Virus record (IMG/VR): IMGVR_UViG_3300037722_001348
Location: 1-26,151 of that record
Length of the DNA stretch: 26,151 nt
Reading direction: 5' to 3' (one strand)
Source of the DNA: a virus
Lineage: Duplodnaviria; Caudoviricetes
Made by a program: the position numbers and the translations under genes. Positions within the stretch are counted from its first letter, which is position 1. Every line of letters begins with the position of its first letter. The notes beneath the pieces were generated by a model. That model was given only the letters and a program-made list of their open reading frames with translations, did not search any database and was not told where the DNA came from. Shown in pieces: positions 8,501-17,768 of this stretch.

Positions 8501-8528
8501 GGGAGGAGGTCGTCCACCACCTCCTCCC
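8501..8528 (+). terminator. Hairpin after the capsid gene (no U-tract)
   Basis: GGGAGGAGGT / ACCTCCTCCC 10-bp perfect stem. Confidence 0.55.
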
Positions 8529-8574
8529 TGAAACGCCTGATTGGAAATCCCAACGGTTTCAGAGGAGAAGCGCA

Positions 8575-9159
8575 ATGGACAGCAGAATGTATCCCCAGGG
8601 CAATGGCGGAGTCAAGTCCCGGTACATCGACGGGGTTCTCACGTTCTTCAACGCTGCCGGGCAGATCATCTACGCGATCAACCCTCTCACTCGCTCTCTC
8701 GAGTTCCCTGTCGGCGCAGCGATCCTCTCGGATGGCGGGAACCAGATCACAGACGTTCTGATCTCCGCAGTCGACATCATCGGCACGGGCGCCGGACAGT
8801 TCGGGCATGCCGAGGGATTCCCGCTGGTGGCGCCGCAGGGTGCTGATAAAGCCGTGACGCTGGTTGAAGCAGTTATGGTCAATGACCGAGACACCGCTGC
8901 GTATACCGATGGCGGCAACATCACGGTCAACCTCTCTGGAGGCGGCGCAGCTCAGACCGGTCTCGTGTCAGCCGCGAACAGTCTCGGTGCGGCAACCGAC
9001 ACGATCCATCGATTCGTGCCCCTGTCCACTGCAGCGATTGCGATGGTCGCGAATGCGGGACTCCATCTCGTCGCGGCAGCAGCCTTCACGAACCCCGGGA
9101 CCGCAGCAGGCGTCGTTCGAGTGAGGACGGTCTACCGGGTATACACCCTCGGGTTGTAG
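8575..9159 (+). CDS. Putative capsid decoration/spike protein A (194 aa)
   Basis: Directly after the capsid gene; A/G/T-rich, beta-type composition; N-terminal ~54 aa paralogous to the next gene. Confidence 0.6.
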   Translation: MDSRMYPQGNGGVKSRYIDGVLTFFNAAGQIIYAINPLTRSLEFPVGAAILSDGGNQITDVLISAVDIIGTGAGQFGHAEGFPLVAPQGADKAVTLVEAVMVNDRDTAAYTDGGNITVNLSGGGAAQTGLVSAANSLGAATDTIHRFVPLSTAAIAMVANAGLHLVAAAAFTNPGTAAGVVRVRTVYRVYTLGL

Positions 9160-9169
9160 GGAGGTTGCC

Positions 9170-9754
9170 ATGGGCAGCGCCCTATACCCAGACGGGGTCG
9201 GCGGCGTACAGACAAGGTACGTCGACGGAGTCCTCCAATTCCTGAACCCTGCGGGGCAGCTGATCTACTCAGTTGACCCTGTGGCCAGGATGTTGGATAT
9301 TCCTGTCGGAGCGGCCCTCCGCTCGGAGGGCTCCCTCGATGCAATCCGAATGAAGGAAGTCACCTTCGAGGAGACGGAGGGAGCGGGAACGTATACCGCC
9401 CTCATTGCCCAGCCTCCTGGGTCTACCCTCATCGACCTGATCTTCACGAGCTCCGCTCTCTGGGACGGCACTGGTGATGCGCTTGCGCAGGCAGACTTCG
9501 AAGGGTTGATCGACGAGTTCAACTCGTGGTGGTCTGCAGGTCTGGCTCTGTCCTCAGTCCCGGGCGCGGCTATGTCAACGTCTCCTGGACCAGGACACTC
9601 CCAGATCGCGGACAAGCTGTACACCGGCGTCGGGCAGAACATTGAGGTCCGCATCACGAAGCCGAACGCGACGGGAACCTCGGGTCGGAGCCGAGCTCTT
9701 ATGATCTACGCGGTTCCGCTCTCCACAACCGTGATTCTGAAGGTGCCGGAGTAA
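9170..9754 (+). CDS. Putative capsid decoration/spike protein B (194 aa)
   Basis: GGAGG RBS; shares YP.G.GGV..RY.DGVL.F.N.AGQ.IY...P..R.L..PVGAA..S.G with the previous gene. Confidence 0.6.
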   Translation: MGSALYPDGVGGVQTRYVDGVLQFLNPAGQLIYSVDPVARMLDIPVGAALRSEGSLDAIRMKEVTFEETEGAGTYTALIAQPPGSTLIDLIFTSSALWDGTGDALAQADFEGLIDEFNSWWSAGLALSSVPGAAMSTSPGPGHSQIADKLYTGVGQNIEVRITKPNATGTSGRSRALMIYAVPLSTTVILKVPE

Positions 9755-9756
9755 CC

Positions 9757-10284
9757 ATGCCTCCCACTCCGATCAACCCGACGGGCGGATCCCCTTCCGC
9801 CAACAGCTACATCACGGTGGCGGAAGGGGATCAGTATCACCTAGACCGGCCTGCCGTCGGCACGACCTGGGCCGCGGCGACATCCGATCAGAAGATCGCG
9901 GCGGTCCTCTGGTCAACCAAGCTGATGGACTCGCTTTGGCTCTGGAGTGGGTTTCCCACTACTCCTCTCCAAGCACTGCTCTGGCCTCGTCAGGGCATGC
10001 TGAAGAGGAACGGATGGGAATACGTTCCCGACACCGAGATTCCTCCCGAGCTCAAGGACGCGACGGCGGAGTACGCCCGGCAACTCCTCGTCGGGGATCG
10101 TGTCGGGGACTCCGACATCGAGACGCTCGGTATCACATCCGTCACCGCAGGACCCGTCTCTCTCACGTTCAAGGAATCTGTCTTCGCGAAGGCGGTTCCA
10201 GACGCGGTCTTCTATCTGATTCCCGACCACTGGGGGTACCCGAAGAGTCGAGCCACCAGCGTGCGAGAACTGTTGAGGGCATGA
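9757..10284 (+). CDS. Head-tail adaptor (DnaT-like annotated family)
   Basis: ANSYITVAEGDQY...QALLWPR...IPPELKDATAEYA...AGPVSLTF motifs. Confidence 0.8.
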   Translation: MPPTPINPTGGSPSANSYITVAEGDQYHLDRPAVGTTWAAATSDQKIAAVLWSTKLMDSLWLWSGFPTTPLQALLWPRQGMLKRNGWEYVPDTEIPPELKDATAEYARQLLVGDRVGDSDIETLGITSVTAGPVSLTFKESVFAKAVPDAVFYLIPDHWGYPKSRATSVRELLRA

Positions 10285-10712
10285 TGGTTCGCAGATGTGC
10301 AATTTCTCGTCGGACATCCTCTGGGACTGACGCCACGGCCGCACTCGAGCTGATCGCTCCGGCAGGCAAGGGGATCGTCCTGCGGGAGCTCTCCGTGTAT
10401 CTCGCAGCGGCTACGGCCTCCGCCTATGGTCTCGGACGTCCTGCCGCCAAAGGGATCACCCCAACGACTCCCGTTTCGCTGCTGCTGGAGTCCGGGGATA
10501 GCGGGTTGATTCTCACGTCAACGGCGATTGCTTGGGGGACAGGTCCGACAGTCCCTGGAGGCTTCCTCCGCCGTGTCGCGTTCCCAGCAACGATCTCCTC
10601 ACACGTGATCTGGACGTTTCACGGATTGGAGATCCCAGCAGGAACGTCGCTCGTCCTCTGGAACCTGGGGACGAACGGGGTGGTCGACGTCAACGTCATG
10701 GTCGAGGAGTAG
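10281..10712 (+). CDS. Hypothetical virion-associated protein (143 aa)
   Basis: ATGA overlap with the adaptor stop; beta-rich; located in the connector cluster. Confidence 0.65.
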   Translation: MMVRRCAISRRTSSGTDATAALELIAPAGKGIVLRELSVYLAAATASAYGLGRPAAKGITPTTPVSLLLESGDSGLILTSTAIAWGTGPTVPGGFLRRVAFPATISSHVIWTFHGLEIPAGTSLVLWNLGTNGVVDVNVMVEE

Positions 10713-10717
10713 TATTC

Positions 10718-11065
10718 GTGGGACTTCTCGACTCCGCCGTCGCGATCGCGAATACGGTGACCCAGTCACTCGGGATGCAGGCGACTGTCACGTATGAGAC
10801 GTTCGTTTCGGCAGACGGGGCCGGGAAGCGAACGTATGCTACGCCGGTCAGTCGCAAAGCGGTCGTCATCAAGAAGCAGCAGATGGTGAAGACTGCGGAT
10901 GGGCAGCTTGTCATGAGTCAGGCGAGGATCGTCTTCCTGACTCCGAGCATCGTAGGTGAGTTCGACCGGATCACGTTACCTGACGGGACAACCGGACCGA
11001 TCCTGAACACGGAAGGGTTCATCGCAGAGGTGAATCCGATTCTGAACGAGGTCTTCCTTGGCTAG
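10718..11065 (+). CDS. Head closure/stopper protein (115 aa)
   Basis: GAGGAG RBS, GTG start; DGAGKRTY...V.TADG..V.SQA...DRITLPDG pattern. Confidence 0.7.
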   Translation: MGLLDSAVAIANTVTQSLGMQATVTYETFVSADGAGKRTYATPVSRKAVVIKKQQMVKTADGQLVMSQARIVFLTPSIVGEFDRITLPDGTTGPILNTEGFIAEVNPILNEVFLG

Positions 11066-11453
11066 GAATCCGTTCTCCGGGTCGATTGACATGAGCCGAA
11101 CGCTCAAGGACCTTGAGAGCCTTGAGAAGGGGTCGCCGGCAGCATTCGGCGAGGCGTTATTCGAAGAAGTCAAAGCGGTTGAGGTTCCTGAGTGCAAAGC
11201 GAACGCTCCGGTCGAATCCGGAACGATGCGAGATGAGATCCACGTGGAAGGACCGTTCTTCCGAGGGAACCGAGTATCAGTCCAAGTGCAGACCGGACCG
11301 AAGTCAGCCGACTACGCCCTGATCCAGCACGAGGATATGGAACTCATCCACGAAGTCGGTGGACCGAAATTCATCGAACGTCCCATGAAGGAAGCGTCCA
11401 AGCATCTACCTAACCGCGTTGCTAAGCGGATTGACCTAACCAAGGTCCTGTGA
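11058..11453 (+). CDS. HK97 gp10-like tail completion/neck protein
   Basis: APVESGTMRD, YALIQHE and PKFIERP motifs. Start could be ATG 11091. Confidence 0.75.
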   Translation: MARNPFSGSIDMSRTLKDLESLEKGSPAAFGEALFEEVKAVEVPECKANAPVESGTMRDEIHVEGPFFRGNRVSVQVQTGPKSADYALIQHEDMELIHEVGGPKFIERPMKEASKHLPNRVAKRIDLTKVL

Positions 11454-11869
11454 TGTTTCTCGACGACCTCATCACGAAGCTGACTTCCGCCGGGCTCGGC
11501 GTATACGGCACCTCCCTGTTCAAGGGATCCAAGGCAGTCCTGCCAACCGGCTCCGGTCCCCTGATCTCAGTCATCTCGACTGGCGGTCTCGAAGACGAAG
11601 GCACGCACAACCTCTCCTCCGAGACTATCGCATACGAACGTCCCTCCGCCCAGGTCATCTGCCGGGCAACGGATGCGGTTGACGCCGAAGCCGCATCAAT
11701 CGCAGCGGCGGTCGCCCTGACCTTCACGAACGAATTCATCAACGGGACCTGGTGGAGGCTGTGTAAGCCGGCACAGCCTCCGTTCGAGCTTCCTCCCGAC
11801 GCTCAGAACCGTGTCCGCTACGTGTTCAACGTCGAGTGTGTGAAGAGGCTGTCGCCGGCAACAAGCTGA
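11450..11869 (+). CDS. Tail terminator protein
   Basis: ERPSAQVICRA...Q.PF.L..D.QNR.RYVFN pattern and gene position. Confidence 0.72.
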   Translation: MMFLDDLITKLTSAGLGVYGTSLFKGSKAVLPTGSGPLISVISTGGLEDEGTHNLSSETIAYERPSAQVICRATDAVDAEAASIAAAVALTFTNEFINGTWWRLCKPAQPPFELPPDAQNRVRYVFNVECVKRLSPATS

Positions 11870-11881
11870 AGGAGATTGGAC

Positions 11882-12415
11882 ATGTTGAATCTGACCACAG
11901 GTGTGAAGTTGTTCGTGGAAGCCCTCTTCAGGGCGGATCCGACTGTCGACCAGTTCGCATCCGCCAACGGGAACGTCAGCCGGCAGTTTGTCAAGAGCCT
12001 GGCGAACGGGGTCGGGCTCGACCAGATCGACGGTGCGTTCTCGGAGACCCGGACCATCGCAGCGAGTGGAGACTTCACGCATGATCTCTCCGATCTGCTG
12101 GACGTGTTCGGTCGGGCTCTTGCACTCGTCCGGATCAAGGGGATCTTCGTCTACGCTGACCCCGGGAACACGAACAACGTGAACGTGTTCGCCTTCGGTG
12201 GAGTGAACGAGTTCGCAGCTCCGTTGATCATCGGTGGAATTGTCGACGATCCCATCACCGCGTCGATCAGCGTGCCTCCGGGCGGCGTGCTTGCGCTGCT
12301 CGCTCCGACAGCAGCCGGCTGGCCTGTCAGCACGGACGTGAACTTCACCCTCGCGAACAGCGGATCAGGCACCGGCGTGACATTCGATCTGTTGCTGCTC
12401 GGAGGCACCACATAA
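11882..12415 (+). CDS. Hypothetical virion protein (177 aa)
   Basis: AGGAG RBS favours ATG 11882; beta-rich; lies between terminator and tail tube genes. Confidence 0.7.
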   Translation: MLNLTTGVKLFVEALFRADPTVDQFASANGNVSRQFVKSLANGVGLDQIDGAFSETRTIAASGDFTHDLSDLLDVFGRALALVRIKGIFVYADPGNTNNVNVFAFGGVNEFAAPLIIGGIVDDPITASISVPPGGVLALLAPTAAGWPVSTDVNFTLANSGSGTGVTFDLLLLGGTT

Positions 12416-12494
12416 GGTTGCAGCGGCTACGGGCTGCGGTACGTACTGCCTATAACTCGTAGATCGCAGATCATTTCCAGAAGGAGACGCGGAC

Positions 12495-12908
12495 ATGTCG
12501 AATGCAGTAACTGGAACAGGGATCCTGATCAAGAGGGCGCCGTTGGCAAATCCCACGGCGTTTGTGACGGTCGGGGAGATCACTGAGGTTGATCCCGGGG
12601 GAAAGTCCCGGAATAAGATTGAGACCTCGACCCACAACGAGGAGACGGAGAGCCACGTGCTGGGGATTCTCCGGCAGTCGGACCCGACGTTCAAGATCAA
12701 CTACGTTGCGAGCGATGCGACGCATGTTGTCCTGAACTCGGACATCGACAACAACGTGAAGGCCGTGTGGCAGGTTCTGTTCAAGTCGGGAAGGATCCGA
12801 CAGGGAGAGGGCTACCTGCAGAACTTCAAGTTCCACGTGATTCCGGTGGACGGCAAGCAGGGAGCTGATCTCGCGTTCGTCTGGGCAGGGCCGGTCACCG
12901 AGCTGTAA
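12495..12908 (+). CDS. Tail tube (major tail) protein
   Basis: AAGGAG RBS; F..VGEIT.V..GG..R..IETSTH...GI...W.GP.T pattern typical of siphovirus tube proteins. Confidence 0.82.
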   Translation: MSNAVTGTGILIKRAPLANPTAFVTVGEITEVDPGGKSRNKIETSTHNEETESHVLGILRQSDPTFKINYVASDATHVVLNSDIDNNVKAVWQVLFKSGRIRQGEGYLQNFKFHVIPVDGKQGADLAFVWAGPVTEL

Positions 12909-12914
12909 CGCGTG

Positions 12915-13117
12915 GCGCGGATCACTGAGTGGATCTCGCGCAGCGCACACGGGCAGGCTTCGCACATGCGAACTCCTGTCGGATCACTTGCGTATGCTAT
13001 GGCGTCGGCGAGTGATCGTGTGAGACGTCCGTCGTCGACATGTTCTCGATGTAATAAGGGTCTTCCCTGCATCGGGCAGAGGGTTGAATCGTTGCAGTCA
13101 GGTAACCACCAACCTGA
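12915..13117 (+). ncRNA. Candidate structured RNA / cis-regulatory element
   Basis: Hairpin, three-way junction and two more hairpins fill a 222-nt gap in an otherwise tightly packed operon. Confidence 0.45.
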
Positions 13118-13130
13118 AAGGTCGTGAGTT

Positions 13131-13517
13131 GTGGAGAAGGAACTTCGAGATGTCGTGAAGCAGGAGACGTTGGGCGAGGCGCTGGATCGTGCCAAGCTGC
13201 TGGGCAGGAAGAAGCTCCGGACCATCATGGAGCCTGTTCCAGAATGGCAGGAGGACGGAGAGGAACTCATTCCGACGATCCGGCTCCGTCAGCTAACCGG
13301 CTCCGAAGCTGTGAAGATGACGAAGGAGATGGACCAGCACGGGGACGACGGGATGTACATCATCCTCGTGTACTGTGCGATCGACGAAAACGGGCATCGC
13401 CTCTTGACGATGGAGGACGTGCCTGCCCTGAAGGACAAGAGCTTCGCGGCGATGAACCGCCTGCAGCACGTGTGCCTCCGTCTCAACGGCATGGGAGGTG
13501 ACCCAAAAAAGACCTAG
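13131..13517 (+). CDS. Tail assembly chaperone (lambda gpG-like)
   Basis: VPEW...IRLRQLTG...AIDENG.RL; ends PKKT at a slippery site. Confidence 0.82.
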   Translation: MEKELRDVVKQETLGEALDRAKLLGRKKLRTIMEPVPEWQEDGEELIPTIRLRQLTGSEAVKMTKEMDQHGDDGMYIILVYCAIDENGHRLLTMEDVPALKDKSFAAMNRLQHVCLRLNGMGGDPKKT

Positions 13518-13540
13518 AGCGGGGCGGCCTCCGCCGCTTC
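13505..13540 (+). promoter_or_regulatory. Programmed -1 ribosomal frameshift signal
   Basis: In-phase A AAA AAG (13505-13511) followed by a GC-rich stem-loop (13517-13540). Confidence 0.85.
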
Positions 13541-13894
13541 GCTTTCAAGCTGGCTCTGTACATGAAGCGTCTCGACGTCGATGAGATGCTGGAGGAAATC
13601 CCGCATGAGAAGCTCCTTGAGTGGCAAGCCTATGACGACCTTGAACCGTTTGGCGAGGAACGCGCAGACTTCCGGGCTGCCCACATCGTCCAGACACTCG
13701 TCAATCTTGCGAGGGACCCGGTGGTTTACCCCGGCGGATTCCCACTCTCGGACTTTCTCCTCGGGTTCGGTGACCAGCAGAGGACCTCGACGATCGCGGC
13801 CATGCCGAAGCAGACCGTGGAGATGCAGGAGAAGATGATCGACTCGTGGATCTCTGGGCATAACGCCCGCATTCGTGAAGGAACCACGAAGTGA
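13505..13894 (+). CDS. Frameshift extension of the tail chaperone (gpT part; G-T fusion about 254 aa)
   Basis: The -1 frame is open from the slippery site through 13894; EWQAYDDLEPFGEERADFRAA motif. Confidence 0.8.
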   Translation, partial: KKDLERGGLRRFAFKLALYMKRLDVDEMLEEIPHEKLLEWQAYDDLEPFGEERADFRAAHIVQTLVNLARDPVVYPGGFPLSDFLLGFGDQQRTSTIAAMPKQTVEMQEKMIDSWISGHNARIREGTTK

Positions 13895-16155
13895 CTGACA
13901 TCGCCCCAATCAAAGGGGTTATCGAACTTAAGAACGACTTCACCAGCCAGCTGAACGCTTCCAGCATCGCGGTGAAGCTCTTCGGGGAAGAAGGTGCGAA
14001 GTCCTTCGGGGCTGTTGCGACGGCCGCAGGTCTGGTCGCTGGAGCGTTCGCTGCCGTCGGTGCAGCCACCATCGCTCTGGGTCTCCGTGGTTCATCCATC
14101 ACGGATCTCCAGAGTACGATGGACGAGTTCACGGGAAGTGCGGAGCGCTCCGCCCTCATCATGGAGCAGCTGAGGGCCGGCACCCGGAACACCGTTACCG
14201 ATTTCACTCTCCTGCAGAATGCCTCGAAGGTTCTCTCCGCGAATGTCCAACTGACGGGTAGCGACTTCAGGACGCTGAGTGAGGCGTCGTTCGTTCTCGC
14301 TGATCGCGGCCTCGGCTCCGTCGAAGAGAACCTCAATCTCGTCTCCGACGCGTTGATTACGGGCAGAACCCGCGCCCTCGCGATGAAGCTCGGGGTCATC
14401 GACAATATTAACGCGGAAGCGGACTACGCCGCGAGCCTCGGGATCACCGCAACGCAGTTGTCCGATTCGGGCAAGGCAGAGGCTCGTCGTATCGAAGTCC
14501 TCCGCCTCCTCGGAGAAGCCGCGAAGAGCTCCGCTCTCATCGAGAAGGACTTCGGAGACCGAATCGCAGAGGCGCAAGTCGCCGTCAAGAACTGGGTTGA
14601 CTCCGTCGCGATTGCAGTCTCGGAGTCCCCCGTCCTCGCAGCCGGCATCGATGCGGTCTTCACCGCAGTGCAGAATGCGTTCGGACCGAACAGCCAGGGT
14701 CTCATCGATGGGACGGTTCGGTTCATCGAACGAGCCGCGATCGTTGCGGTTGACTTTGGTTTGGCTGGAGTCGAGACTGCTCGGGTCATGGGTGTTGCCT
14801 GGAACGTCATCCGGACCGTCGTGCTTGCGGTCGAAACCGCAATCGTCGCGACCGTCGACGCCGTCATCGAGGTCGCGACCGTCACGGCGCAAGTCGGGAA
14901 CCGTCTCGGAGTTGTCTCCGATAGCGTCGTCCTGTCACTGGAGAACCAACGCACCGTTCTCCGAGCGATGACGGTTGACCTCGCTGAGCAGACAGCAGAA
15001 GCTGCTCGGGCTGTTACCGGACACACGGAGTTCGACGAGACGCTCGACCGGATTGGAGGAACCCTCTTCCAGGTGCGTGACGCGATGACGGCCGCGTCGA
15101 TGGCCACGCGCGAGCAGAAGGAAGCCACCGACGCAGTCAAGGTTGCCACGGACGAGGTCGTGAACGCGAATAAGAACCTCGCCGAGTCGATGATCAATCG
15201 ACAGCGCCTGGCCGATCTGGAAAAGCGGAGCCTAATCGAAGTCGCGAAGCTTTGGGAGGAGCATGCACTCCTTGTCATCAAGAACTCAGGGACTTCCCAG
15301 GACTTCGCCCGTGCACAGATCGAAGCCACGTTCCAGAAGGCGGTTGCTTCGCTTGACGCGCTGAACCCAAAGTACAAGGAGCATTACGACGCGCTCCGGG
15401 CGGTGGCGAACGAGTCCTTGAACAGCATTTCGTCCAACTGGGACGCGGTCAAGGACCGGACGCGAACGGCGCTTCGGCAGCAGCTGGAGGCAGCTCAGGA
15501 AACCTACCGTCAGATGGTGTTCTCGGGAGAATTCTTCCGGGAGGATCTCGAAAAGCAGAAGCAGGTCATTGACGAAGCTCGCCTCCGCATGCGTGGATAC
15601 GGTGAGGAAGCCATCGCAGCGATGACCGCCGCGAAGGAAGTGACGAATTCTCAGACCGACGCACTCCGGGAGCAGAAGAAGGCAACGGAGGAACTGACCC
15701 AGGCAATGACCTTCTCCTTCGAGATCACGTCTCAGAACCTTGGGCAGTACCTAGAAGACCTCGGCAGATTCGGATACAAGTTCGACACGTCTCGAATCTT
15801 CAAGCTTGCGCAGGAGGGGTACTCCTTCGCCGAGATCATGCAGATTATCGGGAGCGCCGGAAGTGGGCCTGCTCCACCGCCACGTGGACCGAGGATTCCC
15901 GGGTTTCAAGATGGCGGAACCGTCATGGTCGGTGAGCGAGGTCCCGAGGCCGTTCGCCTCCCCTTCGGCAGTCAGGTCTTTCCCACGGGCGTTCGTCCTC
16001 CAGCCGCAGGCGGACCGTCCGTCCACATCGCTCCCGGCGCATTCGTCTTCAACTATCCTGTCATGGACAACCCGCAGGCACGTGATGCCCTCGGCCGTGT
16101 CGTCGGAGACGTCCTCGTGAAACGACTTCGTCAATCCGGGATCCCGGTGAACTAG
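13891..16155 (+). CDS. Tape measure protein (754 aa)
   Basis: Long Ala-rich helical protein after the chaperones; C-terminal FQDGG.VMVGERGPE motif. Confidence 0.9.
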   Translation: MTDIAPIKGVIELKNDFTSQLNASSIAVKLFGEEGAKSFGAVATAAGLVAGAFAAVGAATIALGLRGSSITDLQSTMDEFTGSAERSALIMEQLRAGTRNTVTDFTLLQNASKVLSANVQLTGSDFRTLSEASFVLADRGLGSVEENLNLVSDALITGRTRALAMKLGVIDNINAEADYAASLGITATQLSDSGKAEARRIEVLRLLGEAAKSSALIEKDFGDRIAEAQVAVKNWVDSVAIAVSESPVLAAGIDAVFTAVQNAFGPNSQGLIDGTVRFIERAAIVAVDFGLAGVETARVMGVAWNVIRTVVLAVETAIVATVDAVIEVATVTAQVGNRLGVVSDSVVLSLENQRTVLRAMTVDLAEQTAEAARAVTGHTEFDETLDRIGGTLFQVRDAMTAASMATREQKEATDAVKVATDEVVNANKNLAESMINRQRLADLEKRSLIEVAKLWEEHALLVIKNSGTSQDFARAQIEATFQKAVASLDALNPKYKEHYDALRAVANESLNSISSNWDAVKDRTRTALRQQLEAAQETYRQMVFSGEFFREDLEKQKQVIDEARLRMRGYGEEAIAAMTAAKEVTNSQTDALREQKKATEELTQAMTFSFEITSQNLGQYLEDLGRFGYKFDTSRIFKLAQEGYSFAEIMQIIGSAGSGPAPPPRGPRIPGFQDGGTVMVGERGPEAVRLPFGSQVFPTGVRPPAAGGPSVHIAPGAFVFNYPVMDNPQARDALGRVVGDVLVKRLRQSGIPVN

Positions 16156-17756
16156 TGGCGAAGTGGTTCTTCGCGCTCGCCCCGACAACCGTCAACGAGA
16201 GTGGGCCAGCAGCCTGGATCCCGCGGACGAGCGGCGGGGTGCCCAGCACCCTCGTCGAGGCGATTGAGTACGGGGATGCGTTCCTGATCTATGCTCCGGC
16301 AGATGCAGGGACGTTCACTCTCGACGCGATTCCAGGATTGTTCGTTTACGATCCGGACGACTATCCGATCGAACCCTGGGACGGGGCCAACGGCATCATC
16401 TTCCTGGACTTCCTCGGAGACGTTCTTCCGATCTCCTACTTCTTCGATGCGAACGTCATCAAGGTAGTCCGCCATGCGGATGGGAACTACTACGGTCTGC
16501 TCGAGGACGCGTCGTCAGGTCAGACTCCCGTCACACACCCTACGAAGTGGAAGGAGTGGCCGACAACCACAGACCCGTCAACGGTTGAAGGGTTCAGTGT
16601 GTTCGGTCTATTCAGCGTCCGTGGGAACGTCACCCCGTTCGCGTCCCCGACGACCCCGTTCTCCGTGCGTGCTGGAGGGGTCACCCATCCCTTCGTTCTC
16701 GAGACCGGATCCGGCAATCGCCAATGGAACTTCGGATGGGACAGCGGAGGGGGAAACCCGTTCACAGACGATCCTCCGGACCTCGCCGCGTTTCTCGCAA
16801 GCGGTTGGGGCTGCACTCTTGTCAAAGACGCTGGGCTTGCCCCTCCGAACTCTCCTCGGATCAGCTTCCTAATTGCCTGGGGGACCTACGAGGGACAGGC
16901 CGACGTCGCACTCTTCCCCGAGGTGAACGCGGGCCCTGAACAGATCGCTCTCGGGCCCCTCCCCAGCAGCGTGACGCTGCAAGGCATCTTCACACCGTCT
17001 GCGAACTTCGAACAGGAGAGCTTCCTCTGGACACAAGTTGATCAACCTGAAGGGGGACCGACCGCAGGTATCAGCGCACCGACGTCCCTCACCACCCAGA
17101 TCACATTTGGGACCTACGTCCCTGGAATCTACACCTTCCGATTGACTGCCTTCGGCAAGATCACGGGTGTGGACAGTGTCGAGGTCTCCACTCCGCAGCA
17201 CGAGGTGTCTGGAGAGACAACCGTCATCGTTCCATTGGCCGTCGCCCCTGTCATCAACGGTCCGTTCAACGCCGTAGTCGAAGGAGGCGAGAGCACTCTC
17301 TCCCCTCTCGTGAACTACGACGGATGGTCTGGTGACCTGACCTTCCTCTGGGAACAGATTTCGGGTCCCGCTGCGACGATCAACTCTCCTACGGACCGTG
17401 AAACGACGATTACGTATGCCGGAAACGGACGACACGTCTTCCGTCTGACCATCACATCCGACCTGTTCACATCGACCATGCTCTTCATGGTCTTCCGGGT
17501 CGGTGAATTCGCAGCGACTCCAGAGTCCACCTCCCCTCTCGTCGTGACTGGACGAGGTGGACGAATCATCGGAACTCTGATCCAGTCCTCCTCCATCGAG
17601 GAAGTCCTCAACGAAGTCCCGAACCGTTGCCGATTCACCGTCATCGGTACGCAGGTTGAAATCGGGGAACCCGTCGTCATCACCCAGGACGGGAGGAAGA
17701 TTTTCGCCGGCAACGTCCTCGAAGTAAGCGGCGGCAGGGTCGAGGCCGGAACATAA
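16155..17756 (+). CDS. Tail-tip protein: unknown N-domain, two PKD/Ig-like domains, C-terminal hub-like fragment
   Basis: VNAGPEQ...FLWTQV...GIYTFRLT and FLWEQISGP...GRHVFRLT; last ~74 aa read SIEEVLNEVPNRCRFTV...GEPVVI...KIFAGNV. Confidence 0.72.
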   Translation: MAKWFFALAPTTVNESGPAAWIPRTSGGVPSTLVEAIEYGDAFLIYAPADAGTFTLDAIPGLFVYDPDDYPIEPWDGANGIIFLDFLGDVLPISYFFDANVIKVVRHADGNYYGLLEDASSGQTPVTHPTKWKEWPTTTDPSTVEGFSVFGLFSVRGNVTPFASPTTPFSVRAGGVTHPFVLETGSGNRQWNFGWDSGGGNPFTDDPPDLAAFLASGWGCTLVKDAGLAPPNSPRISFLIAWGTYEGQADVALFPEVNAGPEQIALGPLPSSVTLQGIFTPSANFEQESFLWTQVDQPEGGPTAGISAPTSLTTQITFGTYVPGIYTFRLTAFGKITGVDSVEVSTPQHEVSGETTVIVPLAVAPVINGPFNAVVEGGESTLSPLVNYDGWSGDLTFLWEQISGPAATINSPTDRETTITYAGNGRHVFRLTITSDLFTSTMLFMVFRVGEFAATPESTSPLVVTGRGGRIIGTLIQSSSIEEVLNEVPNRCRFTVIGTQVEIGEPVVITQDGRKIFAGNVLEVSGGRVEAGT

Positions 17757-17768
17757 GGAGCACATGCA

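Noticed and set aside
9757-10284. DnaT-like replication function
   Set aside because: Position among head-tail genes indicates a head-tail adaptor, not a primosome protein.
12416-12494. Internal promoter before the tail tube gene (TATAAC at 12451)
   Set aside because: Imperfect -10 and no -35 at correct spacing.
12912-13127. 71-aa ORF between tail tube and chaperone
   Set aside because: No RBS and atypical codon use; better explained as structured RNA, though not excluded.
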